A stretch of 64,000 nt of DNA from an uncultured Nitrospiraceae bacterium (GCA_963727775.1 CAVSHB010000001.1:1472001-1536000), one strand, 5' to 3'; counted from the stretch's first letter, positions 20,290 through 31,479 are shown. The notes: a model not told the origin generated them from the letters alone. Program-made: numbers and translations.

Positions 20290-22386
20290 ATGCTGGACAA
20301 TTTTTTTTCTCCCAAATCGATTGCGGTAGTCGGCGCATCCAGAACCCCCGGAAAAGTGGGTTATGACATCCTCAAAAACATACTGCAATACGGCTTTCAG
20401 GGGGCTCTCTACCCTGTGAATCCCGCTGCACCGGAGGTCCTGGGAGTGAAGGCATATCAATCACTCCTCGACGTTCACGGTAAGATTGATTTGGCCATAA
20501 TAGTGGTTCCCGCAAAGAATGTTCTTGAGACGATCGAACAGTGCGGCGAGAGAAAGATCGACTCAGCCATAATCATAAGTGCAGGGTTTAAAGAAAGCGG
20601 AATGGAAGGGGCGAAGCTCGAGCTCGAACTGGTCAAAAAAGCAAAGAAGGCCGGGGTGAGGTTCATCGGCCCGAATTGCCTCGGGATAATCGATACTCAT
20701 TCGATGATCAACGCTTCTTTTGCTTCGGGAATGCCTGCTAAAGGCAGCATCGGTTTTTTCTCGCAGTCGGGAGCTCTGTGTATTGCTATTCTGGATCGCG
20801 CACTGCCTGATGGGATAGGATTTTCCAAGTTCATCAGTATGGGGAACAAGGCGGACGTCTCCGACACGGACATTATGCTGTCTTTGGCCGAAGATGAGAA
20901 TACGAAAGTAATTCTCGGATACATTGAGGGAGTGAGCGATGGGAGAAAATTCATGGAAGTCGCCGCGCAGATATCGAAAAAGAAACCTCTCATTATCCTG
21001 AAATCCGGCATCACAAGCTCGGGGGCCAAGGCGGCGTCTTCTCATACCGGCGCCCTTGCAGGCCGTGAGGCGGCCTTTGATGCCGCTTTCAGGCAGAGCG
21101 GAGTTATCAGGGCGCACACAATAAACGAACTTTTCAACTATGCCCTGGCTTTTGCGAATCAGCCCTTGCCGAAAGGTCCGAATGCGGTGATCGTAACGAA
21201 TTCAGGCGGACCGGGCATTCTGGCTGCGGATGCGTGTGATAAATCGGACCTTCAGTTAAACCCGTTGCCGAAAGATATCGTTGATGAGCTTAGGACGTTC
21301 TTGCCTCCGGTGGCGTCATTCTATAATCCGGTGGATATTCTCGGCGACTCAGGGGCGGATAGATATGAAAAAGCTATCCGTACCGTGCTGAAAGATGAGA
21401 GGACAAATGGTGTAATTGTCCTCCTTACGCCGACAGCGGTGGTTGACGTTGAGGAGACTGCCAAGGCCGTGGTGAGTGTCTCCAAATTAATCGACAGGCC
21501 GATACTCGCCTCCTTTATGGGAAAGCAGAGGGTTGAGCCCGGCATAAAGGTCCTCATGAAAGGCGGTGTTCCTAATTACAGCTATCCCGAAGAGGCTGTC
21601 CTTGCTTTGAATGCGATGTATCGTTATAAGTTATGGGCCCAAAGTCCTGAGAAGACGTATCCCAAACTTGACAATCTGAAAGCAATGGCGTCCCCGATTT
21701 TTGCAGATGTCAAAAGAGAAAATCGTGAGCGCCTCTACGAAATGGAAGTTCATGACGTTCTAAATGCGTATGGCTTCAAACAACCGAAGAGTTTGTTCGC
21801 CAGTTCACCCGAAGAGGCTGTTGCCGCTGCCAAGGGAATAGGATACCCCGTGGTAATGAAGATCATTTCCCCTCAGATTTCGCACAAGAGTGATATCGGC
21901 GGCGTGAGAGTGAATCTGAACAGCAAGAAGGACGTTGAGAATGCCTTTTTCGATGTTACTACTCGTGTCAGGAATATTATGCCGACGGCGCATATTTCAG
22001 GGGTGATGATTCAGGAAATGATACCCAAGGGAAAAGAAGTGATAATGGGCATAACCCACGACCCGCAGTTCGGTCATATGATCATGTTCGGACTGGGAGG
22101 GATATATGTTGAAGTCTTGAAGGATATTTCATTCAGGATAGTTCCGTTGAGCAGGGAAGATGCCCATGAGATGATACGGGAGACAAAAACGTTCCCTTTG
22201 TTGAGGGGAGTGCGAGGGGAGGCTGAGGCGGATATCGAGGCTATCGAGAAGTGTCTGCTGACGCTCTCCCAGATGGCTATTGATTTTCCTGAGATCATCG
22301 AAGCTGATATCAACCCTCTCCTGGTCAGGGCAAGGGGAGAAGGGGTAACAGCAATCGACGCACGGTTTACCATAGGAGGTGCCTAA
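20290..22386 (+). CDS. ADP-forming acyl/acetate--CoA ligase (fused alpha-beta)
   Basis: SIAVVGAS, GPNCLG, SQSGAL, ASSHTGALAG (phospho-His), NPVD, ATP-grasp HKSDIGGV, DINPL. Confidence 0.92.
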   Translation: MLDNFFSPKSIAVVGASRTPGKVGYDILKNILQYGFQGALYPVNPAAPEVLGVKAYQSLLDVHGKIDLAIIVVPAKNVLETIEQCGERKIDSAIIISAGFKESGMEGAKLELELVKKAKKAGVRFIGPNCLGIIDTHSMINASFASGMPAKGSIGFFSQSGALCIAILDRALPDGIGFSKFISMGNKADVSDTDIMLSLAEDENTKVILGYIEGVSDGRKFMEVAAQISKKKPLIILKSGITSSGAKAASSHTGALAGREAAFDAAFRQSGVIRAHTINELFNYALAFANQPLPKGPNAVIVTNSGGPGILAADACDKSDLQLNPLPKDIVDELRTFLPPVASFYNPVDILGDSGADRYEKAIRTVLKDERTNGVIVLLTPTAVVDVEETAKAVVSVSKLIDRPILASFMGKQRVEPGIKVLMKGGVPNYSYPEEAVLALNAMYRYKLWAQSPEKTYPKLDNLKAMASPIFADVKRENRERLYEMEVHDVLNAYGFKQPKSLFASSPEEAVAAAKGIGYPVVMKIISPQISHKSDIGGVRVNLNSKKDVENAFFDVTTRVRNIMPTAHISGVMIQEMIPKGKEVIMGITHDPQFGHMIMFGLGGIYVEVLKDISFRIVPLSREDAHEMIRETKTFPLLRGVRGEAEADIEAIEKCLLTLSQMAIDFPEIIEADINPLLVRARGEGVTAIDARFTIGGA

Positions 22387-23460
22387 ATGATTTCTTTGTA
22401 CGTAGGATCAACATCGGGATATACAGGGAAAACCCTGGTGACCATGGGGCTTGGCCAAAAATTCAGGAAGGACGGTCTCAGGGTCGGTTATATCAAGCCT
22501 GTCGGTATCCTGCCGATAAAAGTGGACGACACCCTTACGGACCATGACGCCTGGCGCATTTATAGGGCACTGGAGCTGAAAGATCCGATATCGGAGATAT
22601 GCCCTGTAGTATTGACGCAGGAGCTGGAAGTGAGGAGCTACCATAAGGATGTGAAGTGCCTTTTATCCAGGATTATAAAGGCGCACAAGCAACTGTCTCA
22701 AGACAAGGATATCATGCTCATCGGCGGTTACGGAAGCATCTATACGGGGAGTTATCTGGGCGTTCAGGGACTCGAGGTGATAAAGCGTCTCAATGCCAAA
22801 GTGGTCATCGTAGTGAAATATGAGGGTGAATATGTTGTCGATTATGTTCTTCAGGCGAAAAAGGACCTTAAGGACAGATTCATCGGGGTGATATTGAATA
22901 AAGTCACTGCGGAGCACAACCAAAGTGCAGCGGACAATGCCGTTCCCTTCCTGAACAGAAAGAACGTGGACATTCTCGGGATAATCCCGCACGATGCGGT
23001 AGTGGGTTCGATCACCGTGGAAGAACTGAATGAAATGCTGGGAGGAAAGGTTTTGTGCGGGCATGAGAGGCTTGATAATCTGATCGAGCATTTCCTGATC
23101 GGGGCTATGCAGGTGGACAAAGCGATCCAGTACTTTGAGAGGACGAGAAATAATGCCGTTATCGTTGGGGGTGACAGAGCGGATATTCAACTGTCCGCCA
23201 TTGAGTCCGGTTCAAAGTGTCTCATACTCACCGGTGAGCTCTATCCCAGTGAAATGATCCTGTCGAGGGCGGAGCAGAAAAATGTTCCCATTCTGGTGGT
23301 AAGAGAAGACACGTACAGCATTGCAAAGAAGCTCGAAAAACTCTCAGTCCGGCTCAGGTTGAGGGACAAAGCCAAGGTTGAAAAGGGCATGAATCTTGTG
23401 ATTGAGAACATAAGTTTTTCGTTGCTGTATAAGAAGCTCGGCATAAAAATAGGGAAATAG
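22387..23460 (+). CDS. Phosphotransacetylase N-terminal-like (BioD/DRTGG) protein
   Basis: GKT P-loop, VGYIKPVG, GAM, IVGGDRADI, LILTG. Confidence 0.85.
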   Translation: MISLYVGSTSGYTGKTLVTMGLGQKFRKDGLRVGYIKPVGILPIKVDDTLTDHDAWRIYRALELKDPISEICPVVLTQELEVRSYHKDVKCLLSRIIKAHKQLSQDKDIMLIGGYGSIYTGSYLGVQGLEVIKRLNAKVVIVVKYEGEYVVDYVLQAKKDLKDRFIGVILNKVTAEHNQSAADNAVPFLNRKNVDILGIIPHDAVVGSITVEELNEMLGGKVLCGHERLDNLIEHFLIGAMQVDKAIQYFERTRNNAVIVGGDRADIQLSAIESGSKCLILTGELYPSEMILSRAEQKNVPILVVREDTYSIAKKLEKLSVRLRLRDKAKVEKGMNLVIENISFSLLYKKLGIKIGK

Positions 23461-23506
23461 TACGGCAATATCCTGTAGTGCCTGTCCCTATTTCATTGAT
23501 TTTATC

Positions 23507-23536
23507 TTGACATTGCAAACATCTTTGATATATAAA
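23507..23536 (+). promoter_or_regulatory. Candidate sigma70 promoter for ino1
   Basis: TTGACA-N18-TATAAA upstream of 23632. Confidence 0.45.
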
Positions 23537-23631
23537 TCTGCGGATATAGAAAGTCTTTTGAAGGAGTTTAACTCAAAACTCGAAGACCTTATAATGCTTT
23601 TATCCTGAAGAATTCAGAAGGTGAGATAATA

Positions 23632-24735
23632 ATGGGAAACATCAGAATTGCGATTGCGGGTGTCGGAAATTGCGCCAGTTCATTAATCCAGGGTATCGGA
23701 TATTACAGGTCACTCGGCAAGGACCATCCTGACAAGTCTCTCGGCCTTATGAATTATGACCTCGGAGGATACGGGCCTGATGACATCGAGGTTGTGGCTG
23801 CATTTGACATAGACAAGAGAAAAGTTGATCATCCGCTAAAGGAAGCTATTTTTGCAAAACCCAATTGCACAAAAGTATTTAACGCCGGTCTTGCCGAATT
23901 CCCCGTGACTGTGATGATGGGGAATGTCCTTGACGGGGTTTCATCTCACATGAAGGATTATCCTGAAGAACGCAGGTTTATTGTTGCAAGAAAGAAGTCA
24001 TGTGATGTAATAAAGGTTTTAAGGCAAAGCGGGGCGGATATCCTTCTAAGCTATCTGCCTGTGGGGTCTGAAAAGGCAACCGCGTTTTATGCAGAAGCAT
24101 GTCTTAAGACAGGCATAAGTTTGATCAACTGCGTGCCGGTTTTTATCGCATCGGATAAATCATGGGCGGAACGTTTCAAAAAGAAAGATATTCCGATAAT
24201 AGGCGACGATGTCAAGAGCCAGATTGGAGCTACAATTATTCACAGGGCACTCACGGGATTATTCGAAGACAGAGGCGTAAAGATCGATAAAACATATCAG
24301 CTGAATGTCGGCGGCAACACGGACTTTCTGAACATGCTGAACAGGGCAAGGTTAAAATCAAAGAAAATATCAAAGACGGAGGCCGTACAATCGCAATTGC
24401 ACGTTCCCCTGAAGAACGAAAACATCCATATAGGTCCCTCGGATTATATACCCTGGCTAAATGACAACAAGATATGTTTTCTCAGAATGGAGGGTAGGGG
24501 ATTCGGGAATATATCGATAAATCTTGAGATGAGGCTCTCTGTCGAAGATTCTCCGAACAGCGCCGGTGTTGTTATCGATGCAATAAGATGCTGTAAAATT
24601 GCGCGGGACAGGGGGATAGGGGGAGTGCTCATTTCTTCGTCTGCATACTTCATGAAGCATCCGATGATTCAGTTCCCCGATGAGAAGGCAAGAGATATGG
24701 TTAAAGATTTTATCACAGGCAAGATAGAGAGGTAA
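23632..24735 (+). CDS. ino1: myo-inositol-1-phosphate synthase
   Basis: GVGNCASSL, YLPVGS, GDDVKSQIGAT, QLNVGGNTDF, DSPNSAG. Confidence 0.95.
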   Translation: MGNIRIAIAGVGNCASSLIQGIGYYRSLGKDHPDKSLGLMNYDLGGYGPDDIEVVAAFDIDKRKVDHPLKEAIFAKPNCTKVFNAGLAEFPVTVMMGNVLDGVSSHMKDYPEERRFIVARKKSCDVIKVLRQSGADILLSYLPVGSEKATAFYAEACLKTGISLINCVPVFIASDKSWAERFKKKDIPIIGDDVKSQIGATIIHRALTGLFEDRGVKIDKTYQLNVGGNTDFLNMLNRARLKSKKISKTEAVQSQLHVPLKNENIHIGPSDYIPWLNDNKICFLRMEGRGFGNISINLEMRLSVEDSPNSAGVVIDAIRCCKIARDRGIGGVLISSSAYFMKHPMIQFPDEKARDMVKDFITGKIER

Positions 24736-25308
24736 ATGCTTAGTGCAAAATTCGGTCATTTTCTGGATGCTCCCCTCGGACTGCTTGTAAAAAGAATTCC
24801 TTTCAGTCCAAATGTCCTTACCATAACCGGTTTTCTCATAACAATTATTGCGGCTTTGGTTATTCCACATAGTCTTAGACTTGGCGGAATACTTATTTTA
24901 TTCGGCGGCTTTTTTGACATGCTCGACGGAGTTGCTGCAAGAATAAACAACAGGGCCACGAAATTCGGCGCTTTTCTCGATTCAGTTCTGGACAGGTATT
25001 CGGACGCCTTTATTTTTCTTTCAATATCATATTACTTCGCCGCAAATGGAAATCATACGGGAGCCTTTCTCAGCCTGGGCACACTGGTCGGCGCATTATT
25101 GATCAGCTACGCCCGCGCAAGGGCGGAAGGAATCGGTGAATCCTGCCATACCGGAATAATGGAAAGACCGGAAAGAATCATTCTCTTGATCTTTGCAACC
25201 CTGACAGGCTGGCTTGTGCCCATATTGTGGGCAATGTTGATCCTAACGCACATCACTGTCATCCAGCGGATATATCATGTTTGGCTGGCTACGAAAAAGA
25301 AACGATGA
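24736..25308 (+). CDS. CDP-alcohol phosphatidyltransferase (PIP-synthase-like)
   Basis: PNVLT, DMLDGVAAR..FGAFLDSVLDRYSD, SYARARAE, ERPER. Confidence 0.88.
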   Translation: MLSAKFGHFLDAPLGLLVKRIPFSPNVLTITGFLITIIAALVIPHSLRLGGILILFGGFFDMLDGVAARINNRATKFGAFLDSVLDRYSDAFIFLSISYYFAANGNHTGAFLSLGTLVGALLISYARARAEGIGESCHTGIMERPERIILLIFATLTGWLVPILWAMLILTHITVIQRIYHVWLATKKKR

Positions 25309-26349
25309 GTATACATTAAGGGACGGAGGGAGACCAAAATATTGTTCCTCAGTATGCCCCGAAAGAAACATCCCATTTTGCGCAACACGCCTGCTATCCA
25401 GCGCAAAAGGCGGGTTTCTTTTCTGGGGAGTCACCTATAGGAGTATTTTTCTATTTCTTCCTTGTTTATCCGCATATCCCAGACACAGCATATTTATGCG
25501 TAGTGCAACTGATATTCGATAAGCAAATATGTGAAAAAGGCTATACCAAGTAGTCGATTATTCAACTTTGGAAAATATTTTTTATAACTCTTTTCAAATG
25601 AGCTTACTTCTCCTGCAATTTACTTATCAAACATCCCCTACAAGGAAAATCAAACTTCCCTGACAGACTTTTGCAGAAGAAAAGAGTTAATATTTGGATA
25701 GAAACAAAACCGGCTTGTTTGCAAATATTAATAATAGAGGATTCCAAATGAGAAAAGAAATAAGAAGGTTATCAATTTTTCTATTCTTGCTGTTTCTGCT
25801 TTTTGCAATGGCAGGCATATCGGGGGCGGATATTGAAGGCACTATCGGAACAAGGTTTACCATAACAGACTCCGGATTCGGGACCAAGAAACCTCAGGTG
25901 TATATTCAATATAAGAAAAAACCTGGAGTGGTCAGAAAGGTATACGCCAAAGTGGAACAATGGAGCGATAACTCGATTACCTGTCTGTGGACGGAAACCC
26001 TCTCTGCCGGGACTTACAACTTATTTGTAAAGCCCAATATAGCAAAAGCCAATCCTATTGCTGAAGGTACATTCAACATCATGCCACCTTCCATTGATGA
26101 AGTTACTCCTGACACTCTAACACCAGGGGCAACGATAACAATAAACGGACAATTTTTCACAAACAAAAAACCGACGATCTATCTCGTAGACCTTGTGTCT
26201 TCAAAGAAGAAAGGTTGCAGAGTTGTAAATCCCACTATGGACCCGGAAACAGGAGCAAGCTCATTAAATTTTGTTGTGCCTAAATGGGGATCGGGCAAGT
26301 ATGAAATCATTTTACAGACATTGGTTAGTGAAACATCTTTCAGATTAGT

Positions 26350-27090
26350 GTCCATCTCCGGTAAGGTAACTGATTCATCAACTGGATCTGGTATTTCGGG
26401 TGTCACTGTGGTACTTAACGGTGTGGAGACAATCTCTGCTGTTACAGTTGATGACGGGACGTATTCTTTCACAAACATCCCAGATGGAAGTTATACGATA
26501 GCTCCTTCCCCGTCAAGTTATACATTCTCTCCTCAAAACATACAGTAATGGTAAATGATTCTGACGTTACAGGACAGGATTTTGTTGGAACTCATGTTTC
26601 TTCCATATTAGGGCGGGTGACTGATTCATCAACGGGGATGGGGATTGCGGGTGTATTTATAACTCTTTCAGGTTCGGGTTCCATCGCTACTGATGTCAAT
26701 GGAATATATTCTTTCACAAACATCCCAAATGGAAGTTATACGATAGCTCCTTCCCCGTCAAGTTATACATTCTCTCCTCAAAACATTACAGTAACGGTAA
26801 ATGATGCTGACATTACAGGGCAGGATTTTGTTGGAACTCATGTTTCTTCCATATTAGGACGGGTGACTGAACCATCAACGATAATGGGGATAGCGGGTGT
26901 AACGATGACTCTTTCAGGATCAGGTTCGGGTTCCATCACTACTGATGTCAATGGAATATATTCTTTCACAAACATCCCAAATGGAAGTTATACAATAACT
27001 CCCTCGAAAACAGGGTATTCATTCTTACCTCAGAGCATAACAGTAACAATGGATAATTTTGATATGACTGGGCAAGATTTTGTGGGAACT
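26350..27090 (+). repeat. Three ~246-252 bp intragenic tandem repeats
   Basis: TATTCTTTCACAAACATCCCA at 26462, 26707 and 26959; near-identical units. Confidence 0.9.
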
Positions 27091-27435
27091 TCTCAGAACT
27101 GGCACTGGCGAAATCCATTGCCACAGGGAAATACACTTGCAGGGGTGACCTATGGCAATGGCACCTTTGTAGCCGTGGGGTTTCCGGGCGTCATCCTAAC
27201 CTCACCAGATGGGGTAATGTGGACGTCCAGAGACTCGGGAACATTTAGTTCTTTGAGTGGGGTGACCTATTGTGGGCGGCGGAGTAAAAGAACTGGTAAC
27301 GGAGGAACCGAAAGCGTCGCTGATGGAGCCAGCCTGAAGATTGCAGTTAGAATTAATGAGTAGACTGAAGAACCCACCTTAGAGACCCACCTTTACATAC
27401 AATGATACCTACAACAAAGTAGTTGGAGGTAATCA

Positions 27436-27804
27436 TTGGTAAAGAGATGCATGCACTGTGGGCGGTATTTCACGCCTGATAAACGGATCGGAGCGAGGCA
27501 GAAAGTCTGTCAGCGAAAGCAATGCAAGCGGGCAAGAAAGAACCAGTCCCAGCAGCGGTGGCGCCAAAATAATCCTGAGTATTTCAATAACCTGTATCTC
27601 GACTATGTCAAACCCTGGCGGCAGCGACGCAAAGAGCTACATGTGTCTCCCTTGCCGCGACAAATGATAAAAGACGAGATACCCCCTTCAAAGCCTTTAC
27701 AGGAACTGGTTTTGCTGATACCGGGTGGCATTAAAGGGATGATAAAAGACGAGATACGACTGCGAAGGCTTGATAGTCATACGTTTGCGGCCTATGGGCC
27801 ATGA
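27436..27804 (+). CDS. IS21 accessory Zn-finger protein
   Basis: RBS GGAGG plus TTG; CMHCG...VCQRKQC, basic helix WRQNNPEY. Confidence 0.7.
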   Translation: MVKRCMHCGRYFTPDKRIGARQKVCQRKQCKRARKNQSQQRWRQNNPEYFNNLYLDYVKPWRQRRKELHVSPLPRQMIKDEIPPSKPLQELVLLIPGGIKGMIKDEIRLRRLDSHTFAAYGP

Positions 27805-27879
27805 TAAAAGACGAAATGGACTCGTAATCGGCGCTGAGGTAAACTGGATCATCACATCAGGGAAGGAGATGATCCATCA

Positions 27880-29292
27880 ATGCAAGAATCGCTTCAAAAC
27901 CGGGCGCGGCACCTATATCAGGTTGAAGGGTTGAGCCTGAATCAGGTAGCGACGAAGCTGGGCATATCGAGAAAAAAGGTTACCCGCCTCATTCGGCAAG
28001 ACGACACCAGGAGAAGATCCTCCGGTAACATCCTGGCGCCCTATGCGCGGTTAATTCAGCAGTGGTACACGGAATATCCGTTTCTGCAGGCCATACAGGT
28101 AATGGAGCGGCTGAAGGGCTACGGGTATGAGGGAGGGTATACGGCGGTGAAGGATTACACGCTCCCATTAAGAAAGAAGCGGAAGGGCAACTCCTTCCAT
28201 GCGCTGGAGTTTCTTCCAGGGGAAGAATCGCAGGTTGATTGGATGCAGAGGAGCATGCCTTTCGGGGTAGTCTACGGGTTCGGCTACATCCTGTCCTATT
28301 CGCGGTACCTTTACGCTCACTTCTATCTGAGGAGCTCTATGGAGTTTTTCCTGGACGGCCATATTGAGGCCTTCAAAGAAATAGGAGGTGTCGCCAACAG
28401 ACATGCTTATGACAATCTCAAGTCCGTAGTCATAAAGAGAAAACCGGAGATAACTTACAATGCTCGTTTTTTGGACTTTGCACGGCACTATAATTTCTCT
28501 ATCCGTGCCTGCAATCCTGGCAAGCCTAATGAGAAAGGCAGGGTTGAGCGGGTCATCAGAGACATTGAAAGCTTCCTCGTCATCAATACCTTCGCCGATA
28601 TCGACGATCTTAATAAAAGATTCGGCCTCTGGCGCATACAGAGAAATGCCAGGATTCACCGATCCACGGGAATGCCTCCTGTTGAGGCGTTAAAGCAGGA
28701 GAGACTCATAGCTCTCCCCCAAATCCATTACCTGCCTTACAGACAGGAGCCGGCATCCATCAACAAGACGTGCTTTGTGGAGTTCGACACCAACCGCTAC
28801 TCAGTGCCATCCCAGTACGGAGATATGCCCTGCGACATCTTTGGGTATCCTCAGCACATAGAAATAGCGGTGCATGGCAGAAAGATAGCGACGCACAAAC
28901 GGGTATTCGACAGAAAACAAAAGATAGAACATCCTTCTCACCGCGAGAAACTTCTCAATATCACTCCCCACTATAAATACAAAAGGATGCACCAGCTTCT
29001 GAAGTCCATGGACAAAAACATCGAACACTTCCTCAACCGCGCTGAACAAGAGGGACAGGATCCTCTTGAGGTTGCTTACGAACTGTTCAAACTTCTTAAA
29101 GGCATAGCCAGGGAGACACTGATATCGGCGGTCAAGGCCGCCATAAGCATCGATACCTATAGAGTGACCTATATCCAGGGGCTTCTGGGTCCGGCGGGCA
29201 ATCAGGACAATCCCGTGCATCCCCAGAACCCGGGGCTGTTACATATCTCATATGAAGGGAGGCAACTGAGCGATTATGATGAACTTATCTGA
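27880..29292 (+). CDS. istA: IS21 transposase IstA
   Basis: N-terminal HTH, PGEESQVDW, YDNLK, KGRVER, NRYSVP. Confidence 0.95.
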   Translation: MQESLQNRARHLYQVEGLSLNQVATKLGISRKKVTRLIRQDDTRRRSSGNILAPYARLIQQWYTEYPFLQAIQVMERLKGYGYEGGYTAVKDYTLPLRKKRKGNSFHALEFLPGEESQVDWMQRSMPFGVVYGFGYILSYSRYLYAHFYLRSSMEFFLDGHIEAFKEIGGVANRHAYDNLKSVVIKRKPEITYNARFLDFARHYNFSIRACNPGKPNEKGRVERVIRDIESFLVINTFADIDDLNKRFGLWRIQRNARIHRSTGMPPVEALKQERLIALPQIHYLPYRQEPASINKTCFVEFDTNRYSVPSQYGDMPCDIFGYPQHIEIAVHGRKIATHKRVFDRKQKIEHPSHREKLLNITPHYKYKRMHQLLKSMDKNIEHFLNRAEQEGQDPLEVAYELFKLLKGIARETLISAVKAAISIDTYRVTYIQGLLGPAGNQDNPVHPQNPGLLHISYEGRQLSDYDELI

Positions 29293-29953
29293 GCTGTGGA
29301 GGCACTTCAGGCTCCTTGCGGATCTTGAAGCTCTTTCAAAAGAACAAAAGGAGTTTATGTTGAAGTTCCTCACCGAGGAGTATCATCGAAAGGAGTTAAA
29401 AAGGATCCAGTACCTCATGAACATGTCCGGCATCAAGAGAACAAAGATCCTCGATGACTTCGACTGGAAATATAATCCAAAGATACCAAGGGACAAGATC
29501 ATAGAATACATGAACACCCAGTGGCTTAAGAAACCCAGCAACCTTGTGCTCATAGGCCCGGCCGGTGTCGGTAAAACCCATGTCGCAACCGCACTGTGCC
29601 ATGATGCCCTTACCAAAGGCTGTCAGACGGTCTTTCTTACCTTGTTTGACCTCACCGCCAAAATGGCGAAGGCCAAGAGCATCTACAGCTTCATCGAATA
29701 CCACGCGCGGGCAGCCGTTTGGTGTCTGGATGAGATCGGCTATGTGATCCCGAGCAAAGAACAGGCAGACTGCATCTTCCAGATAATCTCAAAAAGGGCG
29801 GAAGTGGGCACGACCATCGTCACCACCAACCTTGTACCGTCAAACTGGGGGAAGGTGTTTGATACCGTGACTGCATCGGCGATTCTTGATCGGCTCAGCA
29901 TGAACGGAAAGTTCATCACCTTCGAAGGAAGGTCCTATAGAAATAGGCAGTAA
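29276..29953 (+). CDS. istB: IS21 helper ATPase IstB
   Basis: DFDWKY, GPAGVGKTH, LDEIGY, TTN, AILDRL, GRSYR. Confidence 0.95.
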   Translation: MMNLSELWRHFRLLADLEALSKEQKEFMLKFLTEEYHRKELKRIQYLMNMSGIKRTKILDDFDWKYNPKIPRDKIIEYMNTQWLKKPSNLVLIGPAGVGKTHVATALCHDALTKGCQTVFLTLFDLTAKMAKAKSIYSFIEYHARAAVWCLDEIGYVIPSKEQADCIFQIISKRAEVGTTIVTTNLVPSNWGKVFDTVTASAILDRLSMNGKFITFEGRSYRNRQ

Positions 29954-31215
29954 GCTGGGTAGAATAATAACGAAAGTTCCGAATCAGGGTTACAACTGAT
30001 TAGAGATAACTCGCCTCGGCGCAGGGCGTTCCACGCTGGATTGCGCCCTGACCAGCTACAGCAGGCATCCGCCGCCGCCATATTCGGTTCCTTTCGAGCG
30101 GCGCCCACACCTATGGCAATGGCATCTTTGTGGCAGTCGGAGGAGACGAGGTAAATGCAGGTCATCACAGCTATCCTATAGGAATCATCCTAACCTCACC
30201 AGATGGGATAACATGGACATCTACCACCTGGGATGTACCAGAAGGTAATTTTCACAGCGTGACCTATGGCAATAGCACCTTTGTAGCCGTGGGGAATTCT
30301 GGCATCATCCTAACATCACCAGATGGAGTAACGTGGACGGGAATAAACTCGGGAACATTTAGTTCTTTGAATGGGGTGACCTATGGCAATGGCACCTTTG
30401 TAGCCGTGGGGCGGTCTTACGTAGAGGAGACTAGCATCATCCTGACTTCACCAGATGGGGTAATGTGGACAATCAGAGACTTGGACGGCTTTGGAGGTTG
30501 GTTCGGGGTAACCTATGGCAATGGCACCTTTGTAGCTGTGGGGGTTGGCACTATCCTGACTTCACAAGATGGGGTAATGTTTACAACCAGACACTTGGAA
30601 ACTAATGCTGCTATTCTTCTTTATGGGGTGACCCATGGCAATAGTACCTTTGTGGCAGTGGGGGAGTGGGGCATCATCCTCAGCTCACCAGATGGAGTAA
30701 CGTGGACATCCATAAACTCGTTAAGAGTACCATCTTTGTCCGGGGTAACTTATGGCAATGGCACCTTTGTGGCTGTGGGCTCTGGTGGTAAGATTATCCA
30801 ATCAGATCCCATTGAGTAATTGCACATAGTATTCAGAGAGAACAGCATAGAATAGAGTCTTATGCTTGTTATGATCGGGAACATGCAGATTTCCGATCGC
30901 TTTAATTTTCACACTTTGTAGGTGAACCTGAGATATCAGACGCACGAATTATTACTCAACTTTCATCTCAGGGAGGACGTTTGATACGGGGCGAGGGTTG
31001 CAGGATTTGTTTCGCTTTGAAAGTGCCATATCTTAGAAGTGACCGCAATATTTTTGAACGGAATGTTCAAATTAACAAGCCAAATATTTCGAGACTCACG
31101 TGAAGTTGCAGCGGGACGTTCTCATTTGACATTATGGCAATTAGAAACTATTACATTATGACATATTGACGAAAAGACAATAAGGATGATATTCTATAAA
31201 TAGAAAGGAGTTAAC

Positions 31216-31479
31216 ATGTTGGTTGCAATTGATAAGAGAGGAAGCGTCAACCTTCCTTCAACAATCAGAAAGGAAATGGGCCTCGATACGGGAACGCATC
31301 TGAATCTTGAGGTCCTCAGTGGAGGGGCTATTGTATTAACGCCTGTCGCCATTTATCCGACCATTAAACTGAATGAGAAGGGTCTGAACAAACTCAGAGA
31401 AGCGCGCAAGAGCGGTACAGCGAAGATGCCTGCTCAGTTGGCAAAACAAATAAAAAATGCCGGAACTGACGCCGACTAA
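31216..31479 (+). CDS. AbrB/MazE-type antitoxin
   Basis: IDKRGSVNLPSTIRKEMGL; RBS AAGGAG; overlaps the next gene. Confidence 0.8.
   Translation: MLVAIDKRGSVNLPSTIRKEMGLDTGTHLNLEVLSGGAIVLTPVAIYPTIKLNEKGLNKLREARKSGTAKMPAQLAKQIKNAGTDAD

Larger units (their letters stand above)
27271..30109 (+). mobile_element. IS21-family element (2839 bp) with passenger ORF
   Basis: Ends TGTGGGCG...CGCCCACA; 5-bp TSD CCTAT at 27266-27270 and 30110-30114; internal AGGAACCGAA copies at both ends; istA-istB. Confidence 0.95.
25748..30819 (+). pseudogene. Secreted repeat protein (IPT-like, 3 carboxypeptidase-regulatory-like repeats, YGNGTFVAVG propeller-like repeats), split by IS21 and a 1-bp deletion
   Basis: Removing the IS plus one TSD (2844 bp) and restoring one T near 26541 gives 2229 bp = 743 codons; the junction reads GVTY|GNGIFVAVG. 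Confidence 0.85.

Noticed and set aside
27664..27817. Three direct repeats as a mini-CRISPR
   Set aside because: Repeats are only 17-19 bp with unequal spacing (75, 62), inside an ORF within an IS21, and there are no cas genes
19380..30927. Shared ACACTTTGTAG(A/G)TGAA near two TA loci (~19380 and ~30911)
   Set aside because: A 15/16 match is expected by chance in 64 kb; no extended similarity confirmed
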